Shown: positions 47,947 through 57,685 of the stretch, in pieces
Layout of the letters: every line of letters starts with the position of its first letter
Position numbering within the stretch: position 1 is the first letter of the stretch
Position numbers and translations under genes: made by a program
Notes under the pieces: model-generated
Seen by the model: the letters and a program-made list of their open reading frames with translations, nothing else
What the model was told of the DNA's origin: nothing
The model's database searches: none
Virus record (IMG/VR): IMGVR_UViG_3300045596_000094
Location: 64,001 to 128,000 of that record
Direction: 5' to 3' (one strand)
Length of the DNA: 64,000 nucleotides
Source of the DNA: a virus
Taxonomy: Duplodnaviria > Caudoviricetes

Positions 47947-48570
47947 CTATTCCTCAACGCCAAAACGTTTTTCAAGAGTGTGGATGATTTGTTCGAGGAT
48001 TGCTTCGGGGGTTTGTAAAGGTTCAATAACCACCGTATGCTCAGGATACATTTCTGCATATCGTTCATACCCTGCTTTCAGGAAATTGTGATGATCTTCT
48101 TTTACATTATCACGCCAGTTGTTTAAATCGTCAGAGCGCCCCTTTAAGCGATCTTTCAACACGGAGTATGAAGTAGTCATTACAAACACAATATCGGGCT
48201 TACGGAGCGAATCATTGAGTTTTAGAAGGGTTTCAATATGTTCAGACTCAGCCTGATAACAGAAAGACGAAATATTGATGCGATCAGAGATAACGCATTG
48301 TCCTGATTCTAAAGCAGGGATGATTTTCTCGTGCAGACTATTTCGATACGAAGCAGCGAACAATAAAGCATTTACTGTAGGTGAAAGTCCTGGACCCAGT
48401 TTCGGGTGAAGAAGAATATTGCGGATAGCTTCTCCAGCAGCAGTACCGCCCGGTTCACGACTGCGAACATAGTCGTTATTAATGCATTTCAACAATCCTT
48501 CAAGGGCGGTAGTTTTACCCGCCCCCTCAGTACCTTCAAAAACAATAAAGCAAGGTTTTAATTTTTTCAT
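47947..48570 (-). CDS. tmk: Thymidylate kinase
   Basis: FIVFEGTEGAGKTT, REPGGT..GEAIR.ILL, ALLFAA, VISDR...SS..YQ, PD. Confidence 0.95.
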   Translation of the reverse strand: MKKLKPCFIVFEGTEGAGKTTALEGLLKCINNDYVRSREPGGTAAGEAIRNILLHPKLGPGLSPTVNALLFAASYRNSLHEKIIPALESGQCVISDRINISSFCYQAESEHIETLLKLNDSLRKPDIVFVMTTSYSVLKDRLKGRSDDLNNWRDNVKEDHHNFLKAGYERYAEMYPEHTVVIEPLQTPEAILEQIIHTLEKRFGVEE

Positions 48571-48576
48571 TGGAAT

Positions 48577-49980
48577 CTATCTATTGACAAGATGTGATGA
48601 TGATACACCTGTGCGGTTAGGTTCTTTCAATGGAGTTACTCGTTGAACGAATAGGGTGAGTAAAGCGTTAGTCTGGAATCGTCTTTCTGCAGCATTGATC
48701 GTTGTAGCGTACTCGATCGTTTCTACTGCATGGAGAACCCCATACATCTCTTTAGCCACTTTTCCATCCATGAAGATATACCGCACAGGCATTCCGGGAA
48801 ATAACAATTCTGCGTTTGCGTTTTCCCAAATGGTTTGAATCACAGAACCTGCCTTACGTGCCAGCTCGGAATACTCGATATTGTACTTATCGGTAATTGT
48901 CGCTCTACCTTGGGTGACCATATTGGATTTATCACCGCGAGGATCAGCAATCACCTCAGACACCGAATCCCTAGCTTTTGCAATAGCTCGGTTTCCACCC
49001 ACTTCGTAAAGATTCATCACCTGTTCAGCGTCTAAGAATCGAGTTCCGTTACCGTCATTCAATTGTTCAGATTCTGAAACATCATAATGTTTCGTTTCTT
49101 TCGTAGTTAAAGAAACGACTTGAGTGTTTGTCCAACGATATGTGCGTTCTACAGTCGGCATGCGGTTTGCTGGAATTTTAATGACCGTTAAACTGCGTGC
49201 GGTTTTACCGAACATCTCATAATCGTAAAGTGGATAAATATACCAGATGCGATTCTGCAAATAGTAATGGAAACCAGTCGGATAGATACCCCCAACGTTA
49301 CTGTGAATGGCCATAGGAACTTCAATTACAGGTGTATCATCTTTGACAACGATATGTTCTCGTTTGTCTCCGAGGATGTCCTTGAGTACCTGAACCCCTT
49401 TCACATTCACCGCATTATCCGCATTAGCTGGTCGAGCTACTTTTGTTAATACCCATTTAATAGCATCTGCAGCAGAAGTCTTTCTGAACACCGTACCGAA
49501 AGTAACTTTTCGAATACTGTCAATTACAGGATTAAATAACTGTAATTTTACTTCAGATATTGAGAACTTGTTTGCAGCACCCTTATTCACCGCTAACGGA
49601 CTGTCACCTTGGACAGTGGCTGATTTACCGCCATCCAAGATTTGAGCCTTATACGTGTTGGAAGATATATTCTTCGTATTGTCGATACCACCTAAGGTAT
49701 TGGGTGAGTATGGTGTTTTGATAAGGGTCACTTCTAACTGGTCACGATATGGGACAACGTCCTGCTCGTAGTCCCCAGTAATAAAGCTTGCCTCAACAAT
49801 CAGCTCATCGGCGAAGTTCTGTGTGTAAAGACGGCTAAGAGTTAACGAATTCACGTATAACGCTTTTACCTCTTTACCATTGGCTTTGATTAAAACTGTC
49901 AAGCCATGGGCAATCACTGGCTGTGAAGAAGCACGGATCTCATTGAGCTCTCGTTCAATCAAGGTATCTAAAATTTCCAT
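48577..49980 (-). CDS. Conserved phiKZ-like virion structural protein (gp101-like by synteny)
   Basis: L.R.Y..NFAD, GGIY.TG...YLQ...WY.YPLYD, ERTY, W.N.N..LL.PGMPV. Confidence 0.7.
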   Translation of the reverse strand: MEILDTLIERELNEIRASSQPVIAHGLTVLIKANGKEVKALYVNSLTLSRLYTQNFADELIVEASFITGDYEQDVVPYRDQLEVTLIKTPYSPNTLGGIDNTKNISSNTYKAQILDGGKSATVQGDSPLAVNKGAANKFSISEVKLQLFNPVIDSIRKVTFGTVFRKTSAADAIKWVLTKVARPANADNAVNVKGVQVLKDILGDKREHIVVKDDTPVIEVPMAIHSNVGGIYPTGFHYYLQNRIWYIYPLYDYEMFGKTARSLTVIKIPANRMPTVERTYRWTNTQVVSLTTKETKHYDVSESEQLNDGNGTRFLDAEQVMNLYEVGGNRAIAKARDSVSEVIADPRGDKSNMVTQGRATITDKYNIEYSELARKAGSVIQTIWENANAELLFPGMPVRYIFMDGKVAKEMYGVLHAVETIEYATTINAAERRFQTNALLTLFVQRVTPLKEPNRTGVSSSHLVNR

Positions 49981-49983
49981 GAA

Positions 49984-50628
49984 TTAATACTCCAAGGAAC
50001 GTTTATGTGCTTCCGCAGCCATTTTACCCCAAGTAGAATTCTCCCATGCTTTCTGCATGCGGACGGGACTCTCGCTATACCGCACATTTGGGTCATATGC
50101 GGGTACCTGAATACGTTCACCAAAGCCAAAGTTATTACCTAAGCTGCTGATGTAGTCCCAGAATTGCACTTCACCTGGTTGCTGTTTCATATCCTCGGTG
50201 AAGTGTCTACGTCGCGCTACCGCCTCCGCCACTTCAGTGATTGATCTGAGGAAATTCTCGATCATGATGAAGTCTTGGACTGGTGGTGGTTTACGACAAC
50301 CGAAAGGTGACTCTAACCTTTCTTTCCATCGATTTAAATGAGTATTCCATTTCTCGTAAATGACCAAAAGGTCTTTGGGTCTAACGATTAAGAATGGGAT
50401 ACCCTCATTATGCAAATGAACCATATTCACCGCTGTGCGGCGAATTTCAATAGTATCCTCTAACCACGCATTCATCTTTTCCTCAGTGTCGCTGACACCG
50501 TTCATTCCCGGAAGGGATCGTCGGTGTTCAGCAGTATAGAAGAACTTATGTTGGATTTCTATTGGAAATGTTCTAGACCACAGGAACTGACACACTGTCT
50601 GTTCCCGTTTAGTATTTTGCCCAGTCAT
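49984..50628 (-). CDS. Conserved hypothetical protein (phiKZ gp100-like by position)
   Basis: D...IYE....HL..W and PP..D..E motifs; coupled stop/start. Confidence 0.65.
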   Translation of the reverse strand: MTGQNTKREQTVCQFLWSRTFPIEIQHKFFYTAEHRRSLPGMNGVSDTEEKMNAWLEDTIEIRRTAVNMVHLHNEGIPFLIVRPKDLLVIYEKWNTHLNRWKERLESPFGCRKPPPVQDFIMIENFLRSITEVAEAVARRRHFTEDMKQQPGEVQFWDYISSLGNNFGFGERIQVPAYDPNVRYSESPVRMQKAWENSTWGKMAAEAHKRSLEY

Positions 50629-52076
50629 CAGATACTCCGTGTAGCGTTACGAATTAACATGAGTAGGAAAGGACCTAAGTAGAACTGCTCAAGTCGACCC
50701 CATTTAGTAAAGTCTTGACAAAATGGATAAACGTCTTGGTAGTTAGTTTGATTTCCTTTGAGTATATCCCAAATCAAACGCTCAAATTTAGAACAGGCTT
50801 TTAAATCCTGATCATAGAAGGCCTTGGAAAGGACGTAGTACGGGGCACCAATTGTTGGGATGTCCATACCGGGTTGCCCAATCTCATTGTAATCGGGATC
50901 GTTATCTACCCCATCTGGTTTGGTTGGATCAATAGAACCTTTACCTTCAATATCGCAAGGAATGGAAGGATCAGCATAACAGATACGTGTCGAGAAACCA
51001 GAAAGTTTACCGTTGGTAAATGTCAGCCCAGGACCATCTAATCCTTGGAGATCTTTAAACGCTGCATCGTAATTATCAGCATCTAAATTCGCAGTAGATG
51101 GAATGATTCCATATTCGATACTAGACCAACGGATCGAGTGTTGTAAAGGTGCGGGTTTTAGAGCAATGTAATTGCATGTCTGATATTTCTTAAAACAGCG
51201 ATAAACTAAATGCGATGCTCTTTTCATTACAGCAGAATAGATATCGTCATATTTAGAGAAACGCCAGTCATCAACATTATATTCAATAACTTCTTTCACC
51301 GTAGGGTGGATTGAAGAGTTCAATAACTTCAACATAATACGAACAACATACGGGTCGTATATCGGATTGGGTTGATTTGGAATCAACCAGGTGTTGTGCG
51401 TATAACTCATATTGGATGCCGACCATAGTCCGGCGATTTGAGTATAGTATTCTTCCAAAGAAATCGTTGCTTTATAATCGGCATCGATCAACAGTGGGTT
51501 CTGCCCTAGAATCAGCGAGTCGCGACGATACCAATAGTTTTCAACAACCTTGGCATCTAACTGATTAGCGATTTTCTCAGTTGCGGGTCTAGCTAGTCGA
51601 AAACTAATCTCATATGCCGTTGCTGCATTCAAGGATAACTTTCGAACGGTCTCCACGGTAAACTGACCAGCAGTACCTTCACCGATATCTGCGATAAAGA
51701 CATCGTGCTCTTCTGGGATAATTCCAGGGTTTGGTGGAATGAGCGCTGTGCCTGTTGCAGCCATTCTACCACGGTCTATGAGATCCTCTACAGACAATGC
51801 TCCTTGGAGCTTGAGAATCATTCTGTTGATTTTGTTGTAAGACTGATAGCTAATATGTTTATCAGGATCAAATGCATTAGATTCATCTTCTGCACCATGA
51901 TTCTGCATATAGTAATCCACGTACCAGTTGGAACCCCCCATCCAAGCCGCAGGTGCCTCGATTGGGGTTTTCTTGGAATCAACAATTGCATGCTTATAGC
52001 TTGGGGATGTAATTTCTGTTTTCTTAACTGCCGGTGCAGGTTCTGGAATTGAGAAATCAAATAATGAATCAGACAT
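50628..52076 (-). CDS. Conserved phiKZ-like virion structural protein
   Basis: GS.W.VDYY.Q, QSY.KI....LKLQG, P...DVFIADIGEG..G.F, YDPY, YYVLS.AFY, W.RLEQFY..P.L. Confidence 0.75.
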   Translation of the reverse strand: MSDSLFDFSIPEPAPAVKKTEITSPSYKHAIVDSKKTPIEAPAAWMGGSNWYVDYYMQNHGAEDESNAFDPDKHISYQSYNKINRMILKLQGALSVEDLIDRGRMAATGTALIPPNPGIIPEEHDVFIADIGEGTAGQFTVETVRKLSLNAATAYEISFRLARPATEKIANQLDAKVVENYWYRRDSLILGQNPLLIDADYKATISLEEYYTQIAGLWSASNMSYTHNTWLIPNQPNPIYDPYVVRIMLKLLNSSIHPTVKEVIEYNVDDWRFSKYDDIYSAVMKRASHLVYRCFKKYQTCNYIALKPAPLQHSIRWSSIEYGIIPSTANLDADNYDAAFKDLQGLDGPGLTFTNGKLSGFSTRICYADPSIPCDIEGKGSIDPTKPDGVDNDPDYNEIGQPGMDIPTIGAPYYVLSKAFYDQDLKACSKFERLIWDILKGNQTNYQDVYPFCQDFTKWGRLEQFYLGPFLLMLIRNATRSI

Positions 52077-52119
52077 AGGGGATTCTCCTCTTTACATAGG
52101 ATCGTCCCCATGTTTCTGT

Positions 52120-53076
52120 TTAAAACTTATCTTTGACTAAAGCTGTAAGGTAGAATTTCATAAAGTCCATTCTTAAATCTGGATCACATTGATTTAAAGC
52201 AAATTGAGTAGAGAATTCATAAAGACCAAACTTACCGGTTTCCTGATTGACCCAAATATCGTAACTACCGCACTTCTGCATTGGTTCCAGACTCTCAATT
52301 AACACATTCACTTGTTCGCAGGAAATATTCAGGTCTTTTAAAGTTTCACTCAAAATAACACTATACTGTTCCTTGACCCGTGCAAGTGGCATGCCATTAG
52401 ATGTTTCAGTGACTTCTAAATTACGTTTAGCTGAAATCATATTCCCGTCAGCAGCACGTACCACACGCACTTCTGCAGTGGCATCGATGTATTCACAGAA
52501 ATGAAACCCTGCTGAGGAATACTTATCCAATTCCGCTTGATTAGAGGCTACTGAACTAATCCATTCAACACTGTTTAATTCTTCGGCTGATTTTGGAATC
52601 AAATCACCAGAAATAATTTTAACTCCTAATCCGTTGGCGCCCTGATTTGGGCGTAAAACAAATTTATCACCAAGTTGTTGCATCTGAGCAAATTGACGTT
52701 TAGATTGTTGTCGTCCAGAATTAGGAATCACGCAAACGTATTGTGGTACGTAAAAATCTGCAAGCGCTGGATTTGTTGTTGTTGCTTTTAATTTTGTTAG
52801 AAAACTTAATTGAGTGGGTTTTTCCCAAAGTTGCATGGGTATATGGTTTGGCAAAGGTACGATTGCATTATAGGCAGAAGGTGCCGGATGTAAATAAATG
52901 TCTTTTGAATCATTCAATAATTCAAATGAAGAATTATACAATCGGGGAGAGATTTGTTCTGCCGATACATGGTGTATGCTATATTCGCAGTCTTTAAATT
53001 CACCGACGAAACGTTTAGGAAGATATAGAAATTGATCGAATTGATTTGTGTCTACACCGATGTGAATGGATTTCAT
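52120..53076 (-). CDS. ATP-grasp fold protein (RimK-like, divergent)
   Basis: FVLRPNQGANGLGVKII, FCEYID..AEVRVV, GSYDIW.......LYEFS. Confidence 0.7.
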   Translation of the reverse strand: MKSIHIGVDTNQFDQFLYLPKRFVGEFKDCEYSIHHVSAEQISPRLYNSSFELLNDSKDIYLHPAPSAYNAIVPLPNHIPMQLWEKPTQLSFLTKLKATTTNPALADFYVPQYVCVIPNSGRQQSKRQFAQMQQLGDKFVLRPNQGANGLGVKIISGDLIPKSAEELNSVEWISSVASNQAELDKYSSAGFHFCEYIDATAEVRVVRAADGNMISAKRNLEVTETSNGMPLARVKEQYSVILSETLKDLNISCEQVNVLIESLEPMQKCGSYDIWVNQETGKFGLYEFSTQFALNQCDPDLRMDFMKFYLTALVKDKF

Positions 53077-53132
53077 TTTTGGGGTTATCTCCTTAATTAC
53101 ACATTAAACACAGAACGATAAAAAATAAATCA

Positions 53133-53152
53133 AGAGAGCCCGAAGGCTCTCT
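53133..53152 (-). terminator. cUUCGg intrinsic terminator
   Basis: AGAGAGCC-UUCG-GGCTCTCT then TGATTTATTTTTT on the minus strand. Confidence 0.8.
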
Positions 53153-53162
53153 CGACTAAGGA

Positions 53163-54404
53163 TTATTTTTTACCGGTATTGGTTTCTTTAGTTAAATCGC
53201 GGATAAACCCGTTGCTAATTGCAATGAGTATTCGTTGATAGTTGCGACTGAATAGATCAACACTTCGTGCATTTGTTTGAAGTTGGGAAACAATGTCCTG
53301 AACGCTTTGTAGACGACGCAATGCTACCGTTTGATGGGCTGGATCTAAATCAGAATCTTTTAGGGTATTCTTAATAAATACCTCAAGGACTGAAAGGCGT
53401 CGCTCCATATCTCTAAAAGTTGATTTATCGTGAAGCTTACCTAGTTTCGCAGACACACCATCGATACGACTGATGTTTTCTTCGCCGAACTGTCGCATTT
53501 GAGCTAGGGTGTATTCAAAAGTGAAGTTTACAGAGTTATTCCAACCAAGCTCTTTACCAAGATTTTCAACAACTATTTTTTCTTTACGAATTGCATTTTC
53601 ATTATTGGAATGTCTTGCCGCGATATCAAAACCGATCATTGAAAAATTATTATGGGCCAACCCAAATAGTTTTCTGCGCTGATTCATCTTGTTGAGTTCA
53701 AATGTTGGAACTGGCTGATTTTTCTGCATATACGTAGTTACAGTATCGATGACACCAGTAACGGCTTTGATTTCATCCATAAACGCATCGACCAAAGTAT
53801 CGTAATATTTAGAAATATTTTGAGCGCTTGTTTGAAGATTACCGTAATTGTATCGATAACCTGGTCTTGGTAAATGTTTAGGTGTGTGGAAGACGATAAT
53901 AGTACTGCCTGGCCAAGTCACTGTATGAACTTCGTTTACATCAACGGTTTCAGCTTTCTTTTCGAATATCTCTTCTATAACCGCCTTGTTATGAGCGGCC
54001 GCTCGAGCCATATGCGTGTCCATAAGTTTAGACTGTAAGAGTGTTTCTTTAATCCACTTTACGACCGAGCTGATCCAGCGTAAAATAGCCTCCCCTATAG
54101 ATTTAAAGAACGAACCCACACCTTCTTGAGATATCACCTTTAAGTTTTCTGTACTCTCGGTCAAACCCATATTGGTTGATGGTAAATTCAACAGGCCGCT
54201 TAATTCATTCATCTTCGTCTGAATCTGACCAGCAATAATGGGGTCGTTGAATTGTGCCGGACTAAGCATTTCAAGACCCTCATGAAAACGAATAGCCTTA
54301 TCTAAGATATTAGCCACCTCCATTCCGTCTTGCGGAAGGTGTTCAACCGGACCGACATGATTCGGTATTTTCAACTCATGCTTAATGTTAATAGCGCTCA
54401 ACAT
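53163..54404 (-). CDS. Putative internal head protein, proteolytically processed
   Basis: VISQE|GVGSFFKSIGEAILRWISSVVKWIK: S-x-E site followed by the amphipathic helix typical of phiKZ-like head proteins. Confidence 0.7.
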   Translation of the reverse strand: MLSAINIKHELKIPNHVGPVEHLPQDGMEVANILDKAIRFHEGLEMLSPAQFNDPIIAGQIQTKMNELSGLLNLPSTNMGLTESTENLKVISQEGVGSFFKSIGEAILRWISSVVKWIKETLLQSKLMDTHMARAAAHNKAVIEEIFEKKAETVDVNEVHTVTWPGSTIIVFHTPKHLPRPGYRYNYGNLQTSAQNISKYYDTLVDAFMDEIKAVTGVIDTVTTYMQKNQPVPTFELNKMNQRRKLFGLAHNNFSMIGFDIAARHSNNENAIRKEKIVVENLGKELGWNNSVNFTFEYTLAQMRQFGEENISRIDGVSAKLGKLHDKSTFRDMERRLSVLEVFIKNTLKDSDLDPAHQTVALRRLQSVQDIVSQLQTNARSVDLFSRNYQRILIAISNGFIRDLTKETNTGKK

Positions 54405-56001
54405 TTTTCAATGACTCCTCAAAGTGATGTGCAAATACTGAAAATCCACCCACGAGATACCACATCACTTTCCCGGGGTTGTGTTTAATTTCGTGATCTT
54501 TATCTAGATCGTCAATAATCTTGTCGATAGGAATATCTGGTTTGTCATCGCCATCTTCTGCGCCACCGTCCGTAAGTTCACATTGTTCAAGGAACTTCTC
54601 TAACGCGTACTTTGTCACTAGCTCCGGTGCAATTAAACTCAACCAATAAACAAAGATACAGGGGTGCTTCAATAAATCATCACGCCCTTCGTCGTTTAAT
54701 CGACTGATGTCCATCAACAATGATAACGTCATGTGATAATATTCACGAGGTTCTAAAGGAACTGAGCATTCCATCGTAAGATCTGGCAGTAACTTCAGAG
54801 TAGAAAGATCACGGTATTGGTCTTTCTCGTATAAACCTATTAAGAAGAGATTACTATATGGCTTGTTGGTTTTGCTACATGTATCACGAAGATACTTCTG
54901 TGCAATCGGATTAATCTGCCAATATCCTAAACCCTGTAGATCAACAACGCGGTTAGGCATTTCAGGTCTCTGTTTAATCAGAGGACGCGTAAGCGTTTCA
55001 TACCCTGGCGGTGCTTTACAATCCCCTAACCAATCATCGAAATACGGGATAGGAACCCCAGGTCTTCGACTCACGGCACTGGTCTTAATATTCGTAAACC
55101 TAAAGTGATCAAAAGCCAACTGAGAATAAGAACCAGTTTTAACAATATAATCTAATTCAAAAGGAATACGATTCGTTTTAATAAACTTAGGCGGTATTGC
55201 TTGGTTGTGGATGGTCAACGGCATTTTCATTGACATTGTCTCTGGACGATCATACCAGTAATGGTAATCGAACGTCAAAGAGAACAAAGTCGAATCATTC
55301 TCTTTTTCTTCTTTTGGTGGATTATCACCAAAATCGAAATAACCTTGAATCGGTAATTGGTTTTCTTTAATTACAAATAAAGAACCTTTCCCGCCTGGGT
55401 TAGTAATGACCGTATACGAATCAATGAAATGCTTTTTTAGGTAATCGCCTAATTCATCCCCGTAGCCTGCATTGGATTCCCGTAATTTGTGTGCTTCAAT
55501 TAAAGCGATCATGTAATACATCGGAATTGGGTAATGATAAGTCACTACGTGATTTAAATCGATTACCCCCTGAGCAGTCTTCCGCTTTAATACCGCTCTC
55601 CAACGCTCCACCTGTTTCTCTGTCCCAGTTAAAGTGATAGATAGGGTGGCGTGTTTACTCACCAGTGACGGCCAAATTAAGATTCCTAATTTAGGATCAT
55701 TAAAAACGGCTCTTTGTTCAGGACGCCATACACTGGTCGACAATAAAGTTTTATCATTGTCTTCTTCTTCAAATTCTACATAGGTCAAGGAATCGCCTTC
55801 ATAACGGTTATGGTCGTTAATATAGCGTTTATTAAAATAATCAGATCCTTCGTAGAAGAACTGATTCCCTCGACCCTTAAACATTAACTTAGAATCTTCA
55901 GGTAAACTCATCTGTGTCAATAAATCTCGCAAGACGTTTATCGCAATGGGTCTTTGAATTGATTCTACGATTTCCTCTAAAGGTAAACTGTATAAGGGCA
56001 T
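54388..56001 (-). CDS. Conserved phiKZ-like virion structural protein (537 aa)
   Basis: SI.RP....V, VF.D..L.....P, H...YHY.IP, E.Q..IQG.FDF, Y...YD.P, IPYFDDW. Confidence 0.75.
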   Translation of the reverse strand: MPLYSLPLEEIVESIQRPIAINVLRDLLTQMSLPEDSKLMFKGRGNQFFYEGSDYFNKRYINDHNRYEGDSLTYVEFEEEDNDKTLLSTSVWRPEQRAVFNDPKLGILIWPSLVSKHATLSITLTGTEKQVERWRAVLKRKTAQGVIDLNHVVTYHYPIPMYYMIALIEAHKLRESNAGYGDELGDYLKKHFIDSYTVITNPGGKGSLFVIKENQLPIQGYFDFGDNPPKEEKENDSTLFSLTFDYHYWYDRPETMSMKMPLTIHNQAIPPKFIKTNRIPFELDYIVKTGSYSQLAFDHFRFTNIKTSAVSRRPGVPIPYFDDWLGDCKAPPGYETLTRPLIKQRPEMPNRVVDLQGLGYWQINPIAQKYLRDTCSKTNKPYSNLFLIGLYEKDQYRDLSTLKLLPDLTMECSVPLEPREYYHMTLSLLMDISRLNDEGRDDLLKHPCIFVYWLSLIAPELVTKYALEKFLEQCELTDGGAEDGDDKPDIPIDKIIDDLDKDHEIKHNPGKVMWYLVGGFSVFAHHFEESLKNVERY

Positions 56002-56045
56002 GACACCGATCCTTCTGTTTGAGTATCAATCACAAAATAGTCGAA

Positions 56046-56065
56046 GGAGAGGGGCAACCCTCTCC
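56046..56065. terminator. Hairpin closing the accessory island
   Basis: GGAGAGGG-GCAA-CCCTCTCC. Confidence 0.6.
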
Positions 56066-56073
56066 CAGACGAT

Positions 56074-56526
56074 TTATGTTTTATTGGTTTGTTGGATTTT
56101 TAGTAGGTCTAGATCAAAATGCATTTGGTCTAGAATGTGTTGAATGCTCTTATCGCGATCAAGATAATGTCGAATATATACCTCGGTTCGAGCATAGAAC
56201 TGATTTCTGAACTCTACATCAATTTCTTTGTTTTCATTCAAGGAAAGCAACCGACGAACCAGCATACAGTCAATGAGGTAATGATAATCAATCGAATCTT
56301 TCTTCCATCGATAGACCATTTCGAGCATGTAGGTTAAATACTGAGTTCTCTTTTCTGAAGGAACTGAATCTAGTAAAGAAGAGAACCCTAAAGGTTTCTT
56401 CTTGGCTTCAGCATTCTTTAACCAACCCAATTCCTGAGAAACAACGACGAGAAACCAGATAACCGCAGAACAAGAAACGATCATAGCCAATGTTTCCATT
56501 GCAATATAAAACGCATGGTATTCCAT
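56074..56526 (-). CDS. Membrane-anchored hypothetical protein
   Basis: N-terminal TM segment LAMIVSCSAVIWFLVVV. Confidence 0.7.
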   Translation of the reverse strand: MEYHAFYIAMETLAMIVSCSAVIWFLVVVSQELGWLKNAEAKKKPLGFSSLLDSVPSEKRTQYLTYMLEMVYRWKKDSIDYHYLIDCMLVRRLLSLNENKEIDVEFRNQFYARTEVYIRHYLDRDKSIQHILDQMHFDLDLLKIQQTNKT

Positions 56527-56529
56527 AAA

Positions 56530-57045
56530 CTACCCTTTAACAAACTCTTTCTCGACCAACTGGTCGATATGGAGATTCACCCAACTCAAGAAACCGAAAG
56601 CTGTCCATTCACTGGTCTCTGGATCGTCATGTGCTTTACAACAGCAACAAAGGTAATAATCTACAATCTTTGCAAACATCTCATCGTCTAGATGAGTTTC
56701 ATTCTTACATTCAATCAATGCAGTTTTCACAAAAGAGGAGATGTCATCCCCTACGGCATTGTAAACCCAATCTTGCCCTTTTACTTCAACTAAGCGTTTC
56801 ATTACCCAATCGAAACAATCATCAGAATAGATCTCTATCTTCCTTCTAAAAGCCAACAGCATAACCCCAGAAACACCATACATCAAAGGGATTAACTTCT
56901 CCACCCCCACCTGATACATCTTGTTAGCCAAATCGCTTCCTAAACCTACCCCTCTCAAAGGTTTCAATACCTTCTCTATATAGTGTTTCCAGATACAGTA
57001 CAAAACCAACACAAATCCAGCAACCAACATAATCTTCAACAACAT
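56530..57045 (-). CDS. Membrane-anchored hypothetical protein
   Basis: N-terminal TM segment IMLVAGFVLVLYCIW; G-rich SD. Confidence 0.65.
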   Translation of the reverse strand: MLLKIMLVAGFVLVLYCIWKHYIEKVLKPLRGVGLGSDLANKMYQVGVEKLIPLMYGVSGVMLLAFRRKIEIYSDDCFDWVMKRLVEVKGQDWVYNAVGDDISSFVKTALIECKNETHLDDEMFAKIVDYYLCCCCKAHDDPETSEWTAFGFLSWVNLHIDQLVEKEFVKG

Positions 57046-57685
57046 AATCCCATCCCCCTCTAGATTACCAGGACAATCTATACCCAGTCATTAAACATAG
57101 CATTCTTCTACTTAGATTATATTTTAATCAATCTAGAGCTTTACCCTAAAGGAAGCTCTAGTATCTAAGTACTCATCTCTCTAGAATCGCAACACCCTAC
57201 ATCAATCTAATTTCTCCACCCATCCCATACCGAGTGAGAATCTCTACCCTAGTAGAGAGATTCGATACTCTCTATCTCCTCACCGTAAGTTCACATACGT
57301 TCCTTACTCTAAGGAGTAGAGTATCTCATCAGTAGAATCTGAGTTAGAAATCTCCCCCAGACCCCCTCTAGTATATCTGTAGTATTAGTCTAGTATACTC
57401 TATCATTACTACTCTAATCTCTACTCTATTACTAATCTCTTTATATTAATAAAGAGGAGATTTCCTTCGGATCTCCTCTCCTTCTTCTTATCCCACATAT
57501 TTGCCCCCATGATCCCCCATCGCTGGAGGTGGATTAATTACATAGTAATAGTGTACTAATAAAAAATTACTTTATTGAAAAAATAAAAATAAATAAAAGT
57601 TAGAGAGTAGAACCCCGAAGGATTCTACTCTAAGTGGATTAAGATTCTTTTAGTTCAGGTACGAAGTTAGTGGTATTTACTACCC
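57046..57685. other. Long structured non-coding region (candidate replication origin or ncRNA/leader)
   Basis: No ORF of 60 aa or more; several hairpins, TACTCTA repeats, strong C>G skew, AT-rich tract. Confidence 0.5.
57604..57631 (-). terminator. cUUCGg intrinsic terminator with long U tract
   Basis: Minus AGAGTAGAATCC-TTCG-GGGTTCTACTCT then CTAACTTTTATTTATTTTT. Confidence 0.85.

Noticed and set aside
57046-57685. tRNA genes in the long intergenic region
   Set aside because: No cloverleaf with T-loop GTTCRA and matching acceptor stem found by eye on either strand.
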